Assembly: GCA_963783305.1 (NCBI GenBank) | Contig: CAWAMW010000015.1 | Span: forward strand, 192,001 to 256,000 | DNA length: 64,000 nt | Origin: an uncultured Gemmatimonadales bacterium | GTDB lineage: Bacteria; Gemmatimonadota; Gemmatimonadetes; Longimicrobiales; RSA9 | Reading direction: 5' to 3' | Part shown: piece by piece, positions 25,011-35,457 of the stretch | Layout of the letters: each line of letters begins with the position of its first letter | How positions within the stretch are numbered: the stretch's first letter is position 1 | Translations under genes and position numbers: made by a program | Notes under the pieces: generated by a model | What the model was told of the DNA's origin: nothing | Database searches by the model: none | Seen by the model: only the letters and a program-made list of their open reading frames with translations

Positions 25011-25826
25011 TCAGAGCCTCGCCAGGATCCCTCGCACGAGCCGCTGGAACCGGTCGGCCGCCTCCACACCCGCCGCGATCACCTCGTCGTGGTCCAGGGG
25101 AGCGCCCGAGATCCCCGCGGCGGCGTTGGTGATGAGCGCGATTCCCAGGACCCGGAGCCCTCCGGCGCGGGCGGCGATCACCTCCGGCACCGTGCTCATG
25201 CCCACCGCGTCGGCGCCCAGTCGCTCGAGCATCCGGATCTCCGCCGGCGTCTCGTAGCTCGGGCCCAGGACGGCGGCGTAGACGCCTTCCTCCACCGCAA
25301 TCCCCTGCTCCGTAGCGACGTCCCGCGCCAGGCGGCGCAGCTCGCGGTCGTACGGTTCGGTCATGTCGGGGAACCGCGTCTCGCCCTCATGCACGGCGCC
25401 GACGAGCGGGTTCCGCGCCATGAAGTTGAGGTGATCCGAGAGGAGCATCAGCGTGCCCGGTCCGAACCCCCGGTTGACGCCTCCTGCGGCGCAGGTCACC
25501 ACGAGGGTCTCTGCCCCGAGTGCGCGGGCGGTGCGCACGGGCGTGGCGAGGACGCGGGCGTCGTGTCCTTCATAGGCGTGGTAGCGGCCCTGGAACGCCA
25601 GGACCTCCGTCCCATCGAGTCGCCCCGCCACCAATCGGCCCTTGTGACCGGCCACCGTGGAGGGCGCGAAGCCCGGGATCTCGGAGTACGGCACGACCGT
25701 CGGCGCTTCCACCGCATCGGCCAGCTCGCCGAGCCCGCTGCCCAGGATCAAGGTCACCGTCGGTCGTCGCTCCAGCCGCTCCCGGAGGTACTCGACCGCA
25801 TTCCCTACCGCATCACCACTGTCCAT
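25011..25826 (-). CDS. Purine-nucleoside phosphorylase (trimeric PNP-I/XapA type)
   Basis: LGSGLG, TV.GH.G, QGR.H.YEG, GPSYETPAE, VGMSTVPE, TN.AAG, H.EV. Confidence 0.95.
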   Translation of the reverse strand: MDSGDAVGNAVEYLRERLERRPTVTLILGSGLGELADAVEAPTVVPYSEIPGFAPSTVAGHKGRLVAGRLDGTEVLAFQGRYHAYEGHDARVLATPVRTARALGAETLVVTCAAGGVNRGFGPGTLMLLSDHLNFMARNPLVGAVHEGETRFPDMTEPYDRELRRLARDVATEQGIAVEEGVYAAVLGPSYETPAEIRMLERLGADAVGMSTVPEVIAARAGGLRVLGIALITNAAAGISGAPLDHDEVIAAGVEAADRFQRLVRGILARL

Positions 25827-25889
25827 TCCCACACCCCACGTCAAAGCCGATACTCGATGGCTGGATGCTCTATCAACAATGTTGGATGG

Positions 25890-27515
25890 TCAGACCAGGA
25901 TCCCGGCGATGGTCGCCGTGAGGAACGCCGCCAGGGTGCCCCCGATCATGGCCCGGAGCCCGATACGCGAGAGGTCGCTGCGACGCGAGGGCGCGATCCC
26001 GCCGATACCGCCGATCTGGATGGCGATGGAGCTGAAGTTGGCGAATCCGGCCAGGGCGTAGGTGGCAATGACGATGGAGCGGGGCTGAAGCCCGCCATCG
26101 GCAGCGAGGAGCTCCGAGAGGCGGAGATAGGCGACGAACTCGTTGGCGACCGTCTTGATCCCGAGGAGTGAGCCCACGGCCACGGAATCCTGCCAGGGCA
26201 CGCCCATGAGCCACGCGAGCGGCGCGAGGACCCAGCCGAGGATGACCTCGAGCGTGAGCCCCTGCCCCGGCCCGAGGGCGCCCTGCGCGACGAGGAGGGA
26301 TTCGAGCCCGATCCACCCGGCTACCGCGCCGAGGAGCGCGTTGAACATCGCGATCAGGGCGATGAACGCCAGGAGCATGGCCCCCACGTTGAACGCCAGC
26401 GTCATCCCCTCGCCCGCGCCCCGGGCCGCCGCATCGATCAGGTTCACATCCGGGGACTCCACCTCGACCTTGAGGGAGGTGGCGGTCACCGGCACCTCGG
26501 TCTCCGGGTACATGATCTTCGCGACCACCAGAGCGGCGGGCGCCGACATGACCGACGCCGCGATCAGGTGGCCGGCGATATCCGGGAAGTAGGCGACCAG
26601 CATGCCGACGTAGGCGGCCATCACGCCGCCCGCCACAGTGGCGAAGCCGCCGGTCATCACCGCCATGAGCTCCGACATGGTCATGCGCTCGATGAACGGC
26701 TTGATGAGGAGCGGCGCCTCCGTCTGTCCCACGAAGATGTTCCCGGCGGCCGACAACGTCTCGGCACCCGACGTCCGCATCGTGCGCATCATCACCCAGG
26801 CCATGCCCTTCACCGCCGCCTGCATGATGCCCAGGTAGTAGAGGACCGTCATCAGCGACGAAAAGAAGATGATGGTGGGCAGTACGCTGAAGGCGAAGTT
26901 CGCCCCCGTCTGCGCCATGTACTCCACGGCGCCGGTGGCGGGGTCGGTCACCGGCACGGTGCGGTTCACCAGATTGCCAAACAGGAAGCTTGCGCCGTCG
27001 TTGGTGAAGGAGAGGAGGGCGAGGACGAGGTCGTTCAGACCGGCGAACAGCGACTCGCCGACCGGCGTCTTCAGGATGAAGAGGGCGAAGATCAGCTGGA
27101 GTCCGAGCCCCCATATCACCACGCGCCACGGGACACGAGAGCGGTCTACGCTGAGTGCCCAGGCCAGGCCGAGCATGGTGAGCAGCCCGAGTACGGAAAG
27201 GAGCCGCTGGTACAGCGGAATGTCCACATCCGCGCGGGTCTCGGCGAGGGTCGTGGGCGCCTGATCGAGAAGCCCTTCCACGGTATCCGACGGCGGGCCT
27301 CCCACCCCCGTGGCGCGGGCGGAGTCGGCGACTTCCTGGATCACTCCCTGCCCGTCGTCGACCCCTCTGGCCTCGGAAGGCGCTTCCGGGCCGGCCGTGG
27401 TGCTTTGGGGGCCCGCAGCCGCGAGCGCCCGCGAGGCGACACCCGCCCCGAACAGCAGTGCCGCCACAGCCCACAGGACCAGCAGTCCACGCGATGCCCT
27501 GACGCTTCGTCCCAT
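25890..27515 (-). CDS. Concentrative nucleoside transporter (CNT/NupC family) with N-terminal extension
   Basis: [51 protein letters not shown]. Start uncertain. Confidence 0.93.
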   Translation of the reverse strand: MGRSVRASRGLLVLWAVAALLFGAGVASRALAAAGPQSTTAGPEAPSEARGVDDGQGVIQEVADSARATGVGGPPSDTVEGLLDQAPTTLAETRADVDIPLYQRLLSVLGLLTMLGLAWALSVDRSRVPWRVVIWGLGLQLIFALFILKTPVGESLFAGLNDLVLALLSFTNDGASFLFGNLVNRTVPVTDPATGAVEYMAQTGANFAFSVLPTIIFFSSLMTVLYYLGIMQAAVKGMAWVMMRTMRTSGAETLSAAGNIFVGQTEAPLLIKPFIERMTMSELMAVMTGGFATVAGGVMAAYVGMLVAYFPDIAGHLIAASVMSAPAALVVAKIMYPETEVPVTATSLKVEVESPDVNLIDAAARGAGEGMTLAFNVGAMLLAFIALIAMFNALLGAVAGWIGLESLLVAQGALGPGQGLTLEVILGWVLAPLAWLMGVPWQDSVAVGSLLGIKTVANEFVAYLRLSELLAADGGLQPRSIVIATYALAGFANFSSIAIQIGGIGGIAPSRRSDLSRIGLRAMIGGTLAAFLTATIAGILV

Positions 27516-27673
27516 CCTTCTCCCGGTCACGCGTTGCGCAATTCCGACTCCTTCCCCGTGTCGGCGGGACAATACCGGGCCGCCCGGGCACCGTCAAACC
27601 CGCCTCCGCCTGCCACGCTGGCACGGGAGTGGGGGATTCCGCGCCGGAATGGCGGGAAAACGGCTCCTTTGAA

Positions 27674-27689
27674 TGGCATATCGGTTGCA
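27674..27689 (+). promoter_or_regulatory. Putative sigma54 promoter of dnaK
   Basis: TGGCATATCGGTTGCA, close match to TGGCAC-N5-TTGC. Confidence 0.65.
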
Positions 27690-27767
27690 CCCTGCTTGTG
27701 GTCAGTTCCCGGGGCGCGCGGTTGGGTGCCTCGAAGCAACGCGATGAAAACGCAAACGGGAGACGAA

Positions 27768-29705
27768 ATGGCGAACAAGGTGATCGGGATCGACCTCGGC
27801 ACCACGAACTCGGTGGTGGCGGTCATGGAGGGTGGCGACCCGGTCGTCATTCCCAATGCGGAGGGTGGACGTACCACGCCTTCGGTAGTGGCGTTCACGA
27901 AGGACAGCGAGCGACTGGTGGGTCAGGTGGCGCGACGGCAGGCCATCACCAATCCGAAGAACACGATCGCATCGATCAAGCGGTTCATGGGGCGGCGCTG
28001 CTCGGAGGTGAGCGACGAGCGGACGAAGGTGCCGTACGAGATCCGGTGCGACAACCAGGATCGTGTCGAGGTCCATGTGCCGAACGCGGACAAGACGTTC
28101 AGCCCGCCGGAGATCAGCGCCATGACGCTTCAGAAGATGAAGCAGACGGCGGAGGACTACCTGGGCCACGAGGTGACGCGGGCCGTGATCACGGTGCCGG
28201 CGTACTTCGACGATTCGCAGCGGCAGGCCACGAAGGATGCGGGGAAGATCGCGGGGCTGGAGGTGCTCCGGATCATCAACGAGCCCACGGCGGCGGCGCT
28301 GGCGTACGGTCTGGACAAGAAGGGTGACGAGATCATCGCGGTCTACGACCTGGGCGGCGGCACGTACGACATCTCGATCCTGGAGCTGGGCGAGGGTGTC
28401 TTCGAGGTGAAGGCGACGAACGGCGATACGCACCTGGGCGGTGACGACTTCGACCAGCGGGTGATCGACTGGCTGGTGCAGGAGTTCAAGAAGGACCAGG
28501 GGATCGACCTGTCGAAGGACGCCATGGCGCTGCAGCGTTTGAAGGAGGCGGCGGAGAAGGCGAAGATGGAGTTGTCGACTACGTCTTCAACGGATATCAA
28601 CCTGCCCTTCATCACGGCCACGCAGGAGGGTCCGAAGCACCTGAACCTTTCGCTCACCAGGGCGAAGTTCGAGCAGTTGGTGGAGGACCTGATCCAGCGT
28701 ACGAAGGAGCCGATGAAGAAGGCGCTGGAGGATGCCGGGCTGAAGGCGAGCGACGTGGACGAGGTGATCCTCGTGGGTGGCTCTACGCGGATTCCCAAGG
28801 TCCAGGAGACGGTGAAGGAGTTCTTCGGCAAGGATCCCCACAAGGGCGTGAACCCGGACGAGGTGGTGGCGGTCGGTGCCGCGATCCAGGGCGGAGTGCT
28901 CGCGGGTGACGTGAAGGACGTGCTCCTTCTGGACGTGACTCCGCTGTCGCTGGGGATCGAGACGCTGGGTGGCGTCATGACGCCGCTGATCGAGCGCAAC
29001 ACCACCATTCCAACGAAAAAGACGGAGACGTTCTCGACGGCGGAGGACAACCAGACCACCGTGGAGATCCACGTGCTCCAGGGCGAACGTCCGATGGCGG
29101 GAGACAACAAGACCATCGGCCGGTTCCAGCTCACGGGCATCCCGCCGGCGCCGCGGGGAATGCCGCAGGTCGAAGTCACGTTCGACATCGACGCGAACGG
29201 GATCCTGCACGTGGCGGCGAAGGACAAGGCCACGGGTAAGGAGCAGAAGATCCGTATCGAAGCATCGAGTGGTCTCACCGAGAACGAAATCGACGAGATG
29301 GTGTCGCAGGCGGAGTCGCACGCCGACGAGGACAAGGTGCGCAAGGAGAAGGTCGAGGCGCGCAACCAGCTCGACAGTCTCGTCTACCAGGTGGAGAAGG
29401 ACGTGGACGAATGGGGCGAGAAGGTCCCGGCCGAGACGAAGCAGCGAATCGACACGGCGGTGGAGCGGGCGAAAAAGGCGCTGAAGCAGGACGAGCTGGG
29501 CGAGATGAACGCTGCCCGCGACGAGCTGATGCAGGCGTTCAGCGCCGCAGGTCAGCAGATGTACCAGGACCAGCAGGCCGAGCAGCCGGGTGGTCCGGAA
29601 GCGGCGGAGCCCGGAGCGGGTGCTGGTGACGCGTCGGGCGCGGCCGCTGAAGCGGACGAAGATGTAGTCGAGGCGGACTACGAGATCGTCGACGAGGAGA
29701 AGTAG
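27768..29705 (+). CDS. dnaK: Molecular chaperone DnaK (Hsp70)
   Basis: [36 protein letters not shown]; true start MANKVIG after GGGAG. Confidence 0.99.
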   Translation: MANKVIGIDLGTTNSVVAVMEGGDPVVIPNAEGGRTTPSVVAFTKDSERLVGQVARRQAITNPKNTIASIKRFMGRRCSEVSDERTKVPYEIRCDNQDRVEVHVPNADKTFSPPEISAMTLQKMKQTAEDYLGHEVTRAVITVPAYFDDSQRQATKDAGKIAGLEVLRIINEPTAAALAYGLDKKGDEIIAVYDLGGGTYDISILELGEGVFEVKATNGDTHLGGDDFDQRVIDWLVQEFKKDQGIDLSKDAMALQRLKEAAEKAKMELSTTSSTDINLPFITATQEGPKHLNLSLTRAKFEQLVEDLIQRTKEPMKKALEDAGLKASDVDEVILVGGSTRIPKVQETVKEFFGKDPHKGVNPDEVVAVGAAIQGGVLAGDVKDVLLLDVTPLSLGIETLGGVMTPLIERNTTIPTKKTETFSTAEDNQTTVEIHVLQGERPMAGDNKTIGRFQLTGIPPAPRGMPQVEVTFDIDANGILHVAAKDKATGKEQKIRIEASSGLTENEIDEMVSQAESHADEDKVRKEKVEARNQLDSLVYQVEKDVDEWGEKVPAETKQRIDTAVERAKKALKQDELGEMNAARDELMQAFSAAGQQMYQDQQAEQPGGPEAAEPGAGAGDASGAAAEADEDVVEADYEIVDEEK

Positions 29706-29852
29706 GGCAGCGGCGGCATCCGAGCGGGCGGGCATGCCCGCGCCGGCAGGGATGTTGCCCCGGGTGTGGCGTGGCCACCCCGGGGCGTCCTGCATCTGGC
29801 ACGGCGGTGCGGAGCGGCGGTCGCTCGCGGCGAGAGCGTTGGACGTACGGAG

Positions 29853-29882
29853 TTGAACTCACGCGCGTGAAGGCGGTAGATT
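29853..29882 (+). promoter_or_regulatory. Putative degP promoter with palindrome in spacer
   Basis: TTGAAC-18nt-TAGATT; perfect palindrome TCACGCGCGTGA at 29859-29870. Confidence 0.45.
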
Positions 29883-29906
29883 CCGGTACTCACCTCACGA
29901 GAAGCC

Positions 29907-31484
29907 ATGTCCAGACGCAGCACCCGAGTCCTGACCCTGGTCGCCGTAGCGTTGGTCTGCGGGGTGGGGGCATCCACGCAGCTGACGCGAGCCGATGGGC
30001 CGACCGAAGAGCGGGCGGTGTATCAACTCGCGTTGGCCGCACAGGCCGCCCCACTGGCGGCCCGTGAGCCGGCGCGCGCCCAGGAGCCGCTCCCTCCGGG
30101 GCGCGAGGCGCTCGAGTCGGAGCCGCTGGCCGGCGCGCGCGCGCTCAGCGCGGCGTTCGCGGAAGTGGCGGCCCGGGCCACGCCCGCAGTCGTCCATATT
30201 CGGACGGAGGGCTCCATGGAGGGGCTGGGGGGCCTCATGGAGCAGCTCCCGGAGGGGCACCCCGCGCCGGACTTCACATACCTGGCGGACGGGACCGGAT
30301 TCCTGGTGTCGGCGGACGGCCTGATCCTGACGAACAACCACGTCATCTCGGGAGCGACCCGGATCCAGGTGATCCTGTGGGACAAGCGGGTGCTGGAGGG
30401 CACGGTAGTCGGGACGGATCCCACGACCGACCTGGCGCTTGTCAGGGTGAGCCGCGAAGGGCTCCCATTCGCGCGGCTCGGCGATTCGGAGCAGCTGCGG
30501 GTGGGGGAGTGGGTGCTGGCCATCGGGAACCCGGGGTTCCGTGATGACAACACGCTGGATTTCACGGTGACGAGCGGAATCGTGAGCGCCAAGGGGCGGC
30601 CCCTGCGGGTGATCCAGCAGGACCTCGTGAACGATCGCGACCCGGCGGCGCCGTACGCGATCGAAGATTTCATCCAGACGGACGCCGCGATCAACCCGGG
30701 CAACAGCGGCGGCCCGCTGCTGGACCTGAACGGCGAAGTGGTGGGGATCAATACTGCGATCGCGAGCGAGACCGGAGTCAACCAGGGGTACGGTTTCGCG
30801 GTGCCGGTGAACGTGGCCCGGCGCGTCATGCGGGACCTGCTGGAATATGGCCACGTGCGGCGTCCGCTGCTGGGGATCAGCATCTCCGGCATCACGCCGG
30901 AAGACGCGCAGGTGTACGGGCTCCCGCGGATCGCCGGTGTGCTCGTGGAGGATTTCGCCGACGAGTCGCCGGCGGAGCGGGCTGGTCTTCAGCGTCACGA
31001 CGTGATCGTGGCGATCGGTGGAGAAGCGGTGGAGCGACTCGGTCAGTTCCAGCGCCTGATCGCCGCGCGCGATCCGGGGGAGGTCGTGGAAGTCGACGTG
31101 GTACGCTACGGGTCTCCGCTGCGGGTGGCGGTGCGGCTGACGGAGGCGGACCTGGGGACCAGGCGGGTGGTCCGGACGGAGCCCGAGCGGACGACCGACC
31201 GGGGGCTCGGAGTCGAGCTGGCGGACCTCACCTCGGCCCTGGCGCAAGCGCGCCGCTACAGGCGCGCCGGCGGCGCGCTGGTCATGGCGGTGGAGCCCGG
31301 CAGCGCTGCGGCGCGGAAGAGCGTGCCGGCCGGATATCTCCTGAGGGAGATCAACCGCACGCCAGTCCGCTCGGCCCGGGAGGGCGACCGGCTGCTGGGG
31401 GCGCTGTCGTCCGGCTCGGTGGCGTCGCTGCTGCTGGAGGACCCCATGGGGGGCACCCTGATCCGGAATGTGCGGGTTCCGTGA
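29907..31484 (+). CDS. HtrA/DegP family periplasmic serine protease with two PDZ domains
   Basis: Signal peptide; TNNHVI, DLAL, IQTDAAINPGNSGGPL; two PDZ-like regions. Confidence 0.95.
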   Translation: MSRRSTRVLTLVAVALVCGVGASTQLTRADGPTEERAVYQLALAAQAAPLAAREPARAQEPLPPGREALESEPLAGARALSAAFAEVAARATPAVVHIRTEGSMEGLGGLMEQLPEGHPAPDFTYLADGTGFLVSADGLILTNNHVISGATRIQVILWDKRVLEGTVVGTDPTTDLALVRVSREGLPFARLGDSEQLRVGEWVLAIGNPGFRDDNTLDFTVTSGIVSAKGRPLRVIQQDLVNDRDPAAPYAIEDFIQTDAAINPGNSGGPLLDLNGEVVGINTAIASETGVNQGYGFAVPVNVARRVMRDLLEYGHVRRPLLGISISGITPEDAQVYGLPRIAGVLVEDFADESPAERAGLQRHDVIVAIGGEAVERLGQFQRLIAARDPGEVVEVDVVRYGSPLRVAVRLTEADLGTRRVVRTEPERTTDRGLGVELADLTSALAQARRYRRAGGALVMAVEPGSAAARKSVPAGYLLREINRTPVRSAREGDRLLGALSSGSVASLLLEDPMGGTLIRNVRVP

Positions 31485-31497
31485 CCACGGGATCTGG

Positions 31498-31526
31498 TTG
31501 ATCGGGGAGTGCCCCCCGGTTACCTT
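31498..31526 (+). promoter_or_regulatory. Putative sigma70 promoter of tRNA-Leu/tig operon
   Basis: TTGATC-17nt-TACCTT. Confidence 0.55.
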
Positions 31527-31541
31527 TGCCCGTTCGTCCGG

Positions 31542-31624
31542 GCGAAAGTGGCGGAATCGGTAGACGCGCGAGATTTAGGATCTCGTGGGCCTGGCCCGTG
31601 GGGGTTCGAGTCCCCCCTTTCGCA
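31542..31624 (+). tRNA. tRNA-Leu (TAG anticodon), CCA not encoded
   Basis: Acceptor GCGAAAG/CTTTCGC, anticodon arm CGAGA-TTTAGGA-TCTCG, long variable arm, T arm GGGGG-TTCGAGT-CCCCC. Confidence 0.96.
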
Positions 31625-31653
31625 TGACCGTACCTGAATTCTTCGGAACCGAC

Positions 31654-32907
31654 TTGAAAGTAGATATCGAGCAGCCCACGGACTGGGCGCGAAAGCTGAG
31701 CATCACCGTCCCCGCCGAGCGGGTCCAGAAGGAGCGGACCAAGATCGCCGCTCAGTTCGCGAGCCGCGTGCGCATGCCGGGGTTCCGGAAGGGGAAGGTG
31801 CCCGCCTCGGTGGTGGAGAAGCAGTACGGTCCGTCGATCGACAGCCAGATGATCGAGCGGGTGATCAACGCGGCGTACCAGGAGGCGCTGCAGGAGCAGG
31901 GGCTCTCTCCCATCTCGCAGGCGGCGGTGGAGAACGTGGAGTACGAGCCGGGCTCCGACCTGACGTTCGAGGTGGAGTTCGAGGTTCGCCCCGAGGTCGC
32001 TCTGGAGCGGCTGGGGGGCTTCACGGTGACATCGCCGCCGGTGAAGATCGGCGATGACGACGTGCAGAAGGTGCTCGATCGACTCCGCGATCAGAACGCT
32101 ACGTGGACGGAGCTTACGGAGGGAACGCCTCAGGAGGGCGATCGAACGAAAGTCGAGATCACGCCCCTCCACGGGGACGAGGAGGGTGCGCCGGAACCCC
32201 GCGAGTACGAGGTGGTGCTGGGCGCGGGGGAGATCCTGGAGGATATCGACCAGGGGATCCGCACCCTCGGCCTGGGCGAGGAGGGCGAGTTCGTCATTGA
32301 CCTTCCGGAGCCGCCGGACGCGGGGGAGGACGAGCCCGAGGAGCACCGGGTTCGAATCAAGCTGATCTCGGCATCGCGCCCGGCGCTCCCGGACGCGGAT
32401 GACGAGTTCGCCCGGGAGCTGGGCGCCTTCGAGAGCATGGAGGACCTGCGGAACCGGGTCCGTGAGGACCTGACGACCGAGGCGGAGCGCGAGTCGAACC
32501 GGGAGGTACGACGGCAGCTGATTCAGCACGTGCTGGAGGAAAACCCGTTCGAGGCGCCGCCGTCTCTGGTGGACCAGTATCTCGATAGTCTGCTGCAAGC
32601 GCCGGAGGACGCGGACCCCGAGGAGATCGCGGCGGCGAAGCAGCAGGCGCGGCCGGCGGCCGAGCAGGCGGTGCGGCGGATGCTGGTGATCGAGCGGATC
32701 GCGGAGCTGGAGAACCTGCACCCGACGGAGGATGATCTGGACCAGCGCGTGCAGGAGATCGCGGCCGAGAACGAGATCGAGCCGGCGGAGGTCCGGCGGC
32801 AGCTTGCACAGTCGGGGCGGCTGCAGGCCCTCGCCTCCGATCTCATGGAGCAGCGGGTCTTTGAGTACCTGAAGTCTCTATCGACGATCGAAAAGGAAGG
32901 CGAGTAG
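31654..32907 (+). CDS. tig: Trigger factor
   Basis: PGFRKGKVP signature; precedes clpP. Likely TTG start (MKVDIE); alternative ATG at 31624. Confidence 0.95.
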   Translation: MKVDIEQPTDWARKLSITVPAERVQKERTKIAAQFASRVRMPGFRKGKVPASVVEKQYGPSIDSQMIERVINAAYQEALQEQGLSPISQAAVENVEYEPGSDLTFEVEFEVRPEVALERLGGFTVTSPPVKIGDDDVQKVLDRLRDQNATWTELTEGTPQEGDRTKVEITPLHGDEEGAPEPREYEVVLGAGEILEDIDQGIRTLGLGEEGEFVIDLPEPPDAGEDEPEEHRVRIKLISASRPALPDADDEFARELGAFESMEDLRNRVREDLTTEAERESNREVRRQLIQHVLEENPFEAPPSLVDQYLDSLLQAPEDADPEEIAAAKQQARPAAEQAVRRMLVIERIAELENLHPTEDDLDQRVQEIAAENEIEPAEVRRQLAQSGRLQALASDLMEQRVFEYLKSLSTIEKEGE

Positions 32908-32911
32908 ATAC

Positions 32912-33538
32912 ATGCCAGTATATCCGCCGTACGTAATCGAGCGGACCAGCCGGGGTGAGCGCAGCTACGACATCTTCAGTCGGCTGCTCATGGACCGGAT
33001 CATCTTCCTCGGCACACCCATCAACGACGATGTGGCGAACCTCATCATCGCGCAGCTCCTTTTCCTGCAGGCGGACGACCCGGAGCGCGACATCTTCCTG
33101 TACATCAACTCGCCTGGCGGCTCGGTGTACGCCGGGCTGGCGATCTACGACACCATGCAGTACCTGACGGCGCCGGTGAACACGATGTGCATGGGCATGG
33201 CGGCGTCCATGGGCGCGCTGCTGCTGGCGGCGGGCGCGGAGGGGAAGCGGAGCGCGCTGCCGAACTCGCGGATCATGATCCACCAGCCCTCGGGCGGGAG
33301 CCGGGGGACGGCGGCGGACATCGAGATCCAGGCGCAGGAGATCCTGTACGCCCGGGAGCGGCTGAACCACATCATGGCGAAGCACACGGGTCAGTCGGTG
33401 GAGCAGATCGAGGCGGACGTGGACCGGGACCGGTTCATGAGTCCTGTGGAGGCCCGGGACTACGGGCTGATAGACAACGTCGTGACGAACCAGTCGGACG
33501 TCGCGGCGGTACCAGATCATAGCGGTTCAAGCGAGTAG
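32912..33538 (+). CDS. clpP: ATP-dependent Clp protease proteolytic subunit
   Basis: [37 protein letters not shown]. Confidence 0.98.
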   Translation: MPVYPPYVIERTSRGERSYDIFSRLLMDRIIFLGTPINDDVANLIIAQLLFLQADDPERDIFLYINSPGGSVYAGLAIYDTMQYLTAPVNTMCMGMAASMGALLLAAGAEGKRSALPNSRIMIHQPSGGSRGTAADIEIQAQEILYARERLNHIMAKHTGQSVEQIEADVDRDRFMSPVEARDYGLIDNVVTNQSDVAAVPDHSGSSE

Positions 33539-33552
33539 GGAGCGGTAGCGCC

Positions 33553-34791
33553 ATGGCGAGCGACAAGCACCTGCGTTGTTCGTTCTGCGGGAAGTCGAAG
33601 GACTCGGTGAAGAAGTTCATCTCCGGGCCCTCCGTCTACATCTGCAACGAGTGCGTCTCTCTGTGCAACGAGATTCTCGCCGAGGAAGAAGAGCGCGAAG
33701 CGGCCGAATCGATGCCCCGGATCCCCACACCCATGGAGATCAAGGGCACGCTGGACGACTACGTGATCGGACAGGAGCCGGCGAAGAAGTCTCTGGCAGT
33801 GGCCGTGTACAACCACTACAAGCGGGTGAACCACCACGGCATCCTGGATGACGTGGAGATCGAGAAGTCGAACATCATGCTGCTGGGCCCGACGGGCGTG
33901 GGGAAGACGCTTCTGGCCCAGACGCTGGCGCGGATCCTCCAGGTCCCGTTCACGATCGCGGACGCGACCACGCTGACGGAGGCCGGCTACGTGGGCGAGG
34001 ACGTGGAGAACATCCTGGTGCGGCTGCTGCAGGCGGCGGACTTCAACATCGCCGAGTGCGAGCGTGGGATCGTGTACGTGGACGAGATCGACAAGGTGGC
34101 GCGGAAATCGGAGAACCCGAGCATCACGCGGGACGTGAGCGGGGAGGGAGTGCAGCAGGCGCTGCTGAAGATCCTCGAAGGGACGGTGGCCTCTGTACCG
34201 CCGCAGGGGGGTCGGAAGCATCCGCAGCAGGAGTACATCCAGATCGACACGCGCAACATCCTGTTCATCTGCGGTGGTGCGTTCGATGGTCTGGACAAGA
34301 TCATCGAGGCGCGGACCGGGAAGCGGCAGATCGGGTTCGCGGCGGCGGGCGAGGGATCGAAGCACAACGAGACGGATCCGTTCCGGGAGGTGGAGCCCGA
34401 GGATCTACTTCGTTTCGGTCTGATCCCGGAACTCGTGGGAAGGCTGCCGGTGACAGTGACGCTTCAGGCGCTGGAAGAGGAAGCGCTGGTGCGGATCCTC
34501 CAGGAGCCGAAGAACGCGCTGGTCAAGCAGTTCCAGAAGATGTTCGAGCTGGAGGGAATCGGCCTCACCTTCGACCCGGAAGCGCTGCGGGCCATTGCCA
34601 AGAAGGCGCTCGACCGCGGGACGGGGGCGCGCGGGTTGAGGGCCGTGCTGGAGGAGATGATGCGGGACATCATGTTCGAGATCCCGTCGCGTGATGATGT
34701 CCGTGAGGTGGTGGTGACGCCCGAAGCCGTCACGGAAGGGATCCCGCCGCTGCTGGTGCTGCGTCCGGAGAAGAAGAAGAAGGAGGCGTAG
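33553..34791 (+). CDS. clpX: ATP-dependent Clp protease ATP-binding subunit
   Basis: CSFCGK..ICNEC zinc finger, [15 protein letters not shown] loop. Confidence 0.99.
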   Translation: MASDKHLRCSFCGKSKDSVKKFISGPSVYICNECVSLCNEILAEEEEREAAESMPRIPTPMEIKGTLDDYVIGQEPAKKSLAVAVYNHYKRVNHHGILDDVEIEKSNIMLLGPTGVGKTLLAQTLARILQVPFTIADATTLTEAGYVGEDVENILVRLLQAADFNIAECERGIVYVDEIDKVARKSENPSITRDVSGEGVQQALLKILEGTVASVPPQGGRKHPQQEYIQIDTRNILFICGGAFDGLDKIIEARTGKRQIGFAAAGEGSKHNETDPFREVEPEDLLRFGLIPELVGRLPVTVTLQALEEEALVRILQEPKNALVKQFQKMFELEGIGLTFDPEALRAIAKKALDRGTGARGLRAVLEEMMRDIMFEIPSRDDVREVVVTPEAVTEGIPPLLVLRPEKKKKEA

Positions 34792-34800
34792 GCCCGCGTC

Positions 34801-35457
34801 GTGAGGATTCGCTCGGTCGAATTCGTCGGCGCGGTCGCCAAGCCGGGTGGCCCGGCGCCGCAGGGCCTGCCGGAAGTGGCGTTCTCCGGCCGCTCGAACG
34901 TGGGCAAGTCGAGTCTCATCAACCACCTGCTGCGCCGGACGCGAACGCCGATCGCGCGTGTTTCGAACACCCCGGGCAAGACCCGCGAGATCAATTTTTT
35001 CCAGGTGGATGCGCTGCCCGGCAAGGGTCCGGGCGCCGAGGAGCTCCCGAGCCCGTCCTCGGACTCCCTGGAGTTCTTCCTGGTGGACCTGCCCGGTTAC
35101 GGGTACGCCCGTGTCCCGGAACAACTGCGGTCGGTGTGGAAGCCATTGATCGAGACGTACCTGCGTCAGTCCGAGGCGCTCCGCGGCGTGCTGCAGCTCA
35201 TCGACGTGCGCCGGGAGCCGACGGACGACGACCTCCAGATGCTGACTTTCCTCGCCGAGCTGGGGGTCCCGACACTGGTCGTTCTGACGAAAGTGGACAA
35301 GCTTAAGCGGAGCGCCCGCGACCGTAAGATCCACGGGATCGTGGATCGGCTGGGGCTCGACATGGAGCAGGTCGTGCCGTTCTCTGCGCTGACCGGGGAG
35401 GGCCGCGACGAGCTGCTCACGGCAGTGGAGGGTCTCCTGCGATCCGAGGAAGCATGA
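34801..35457 (+). CDS. engB: Ribosome biogenesis GTPase EngB/YihA/YsxC
   Basis: GRSNVGKSS, TPGKT, DLPGYG, TKVDK. Confidence 0.95.
   Translation: MRIRSVEFVGAVAKPGGPAPQGLPEVAFSGRSNVGKSSLINHLLRRTRTPIARVSNTPGKTREINFFQVDALPGKGPGAEELPSPSSDSLEFFLVDLPGYGYARVPEQLRSVWKPLIETYLRQSEALRGVLQLIDVRREPTDDDLQMLTFLAELGVPTLVVLTKVDKLKRSARDRKIHGIVDRLGLDMEQVVPFSALTGEGRDELLTAVEGLLRSEEA

Noticed and set aside
26568..27767. Apparent 400-aa N-terminal fusion to DnaK
   Set aside because: Antisense to nupC; the real start is MANKVIG at 27768, with its own RBS and promoter.
29797..29812. TGGCACG sigma54-like motif upstream of degP (also one near 27619)
   Set aside because: GG-to-GC spacing is 9 rather than 10; the second site has no -12 GC.
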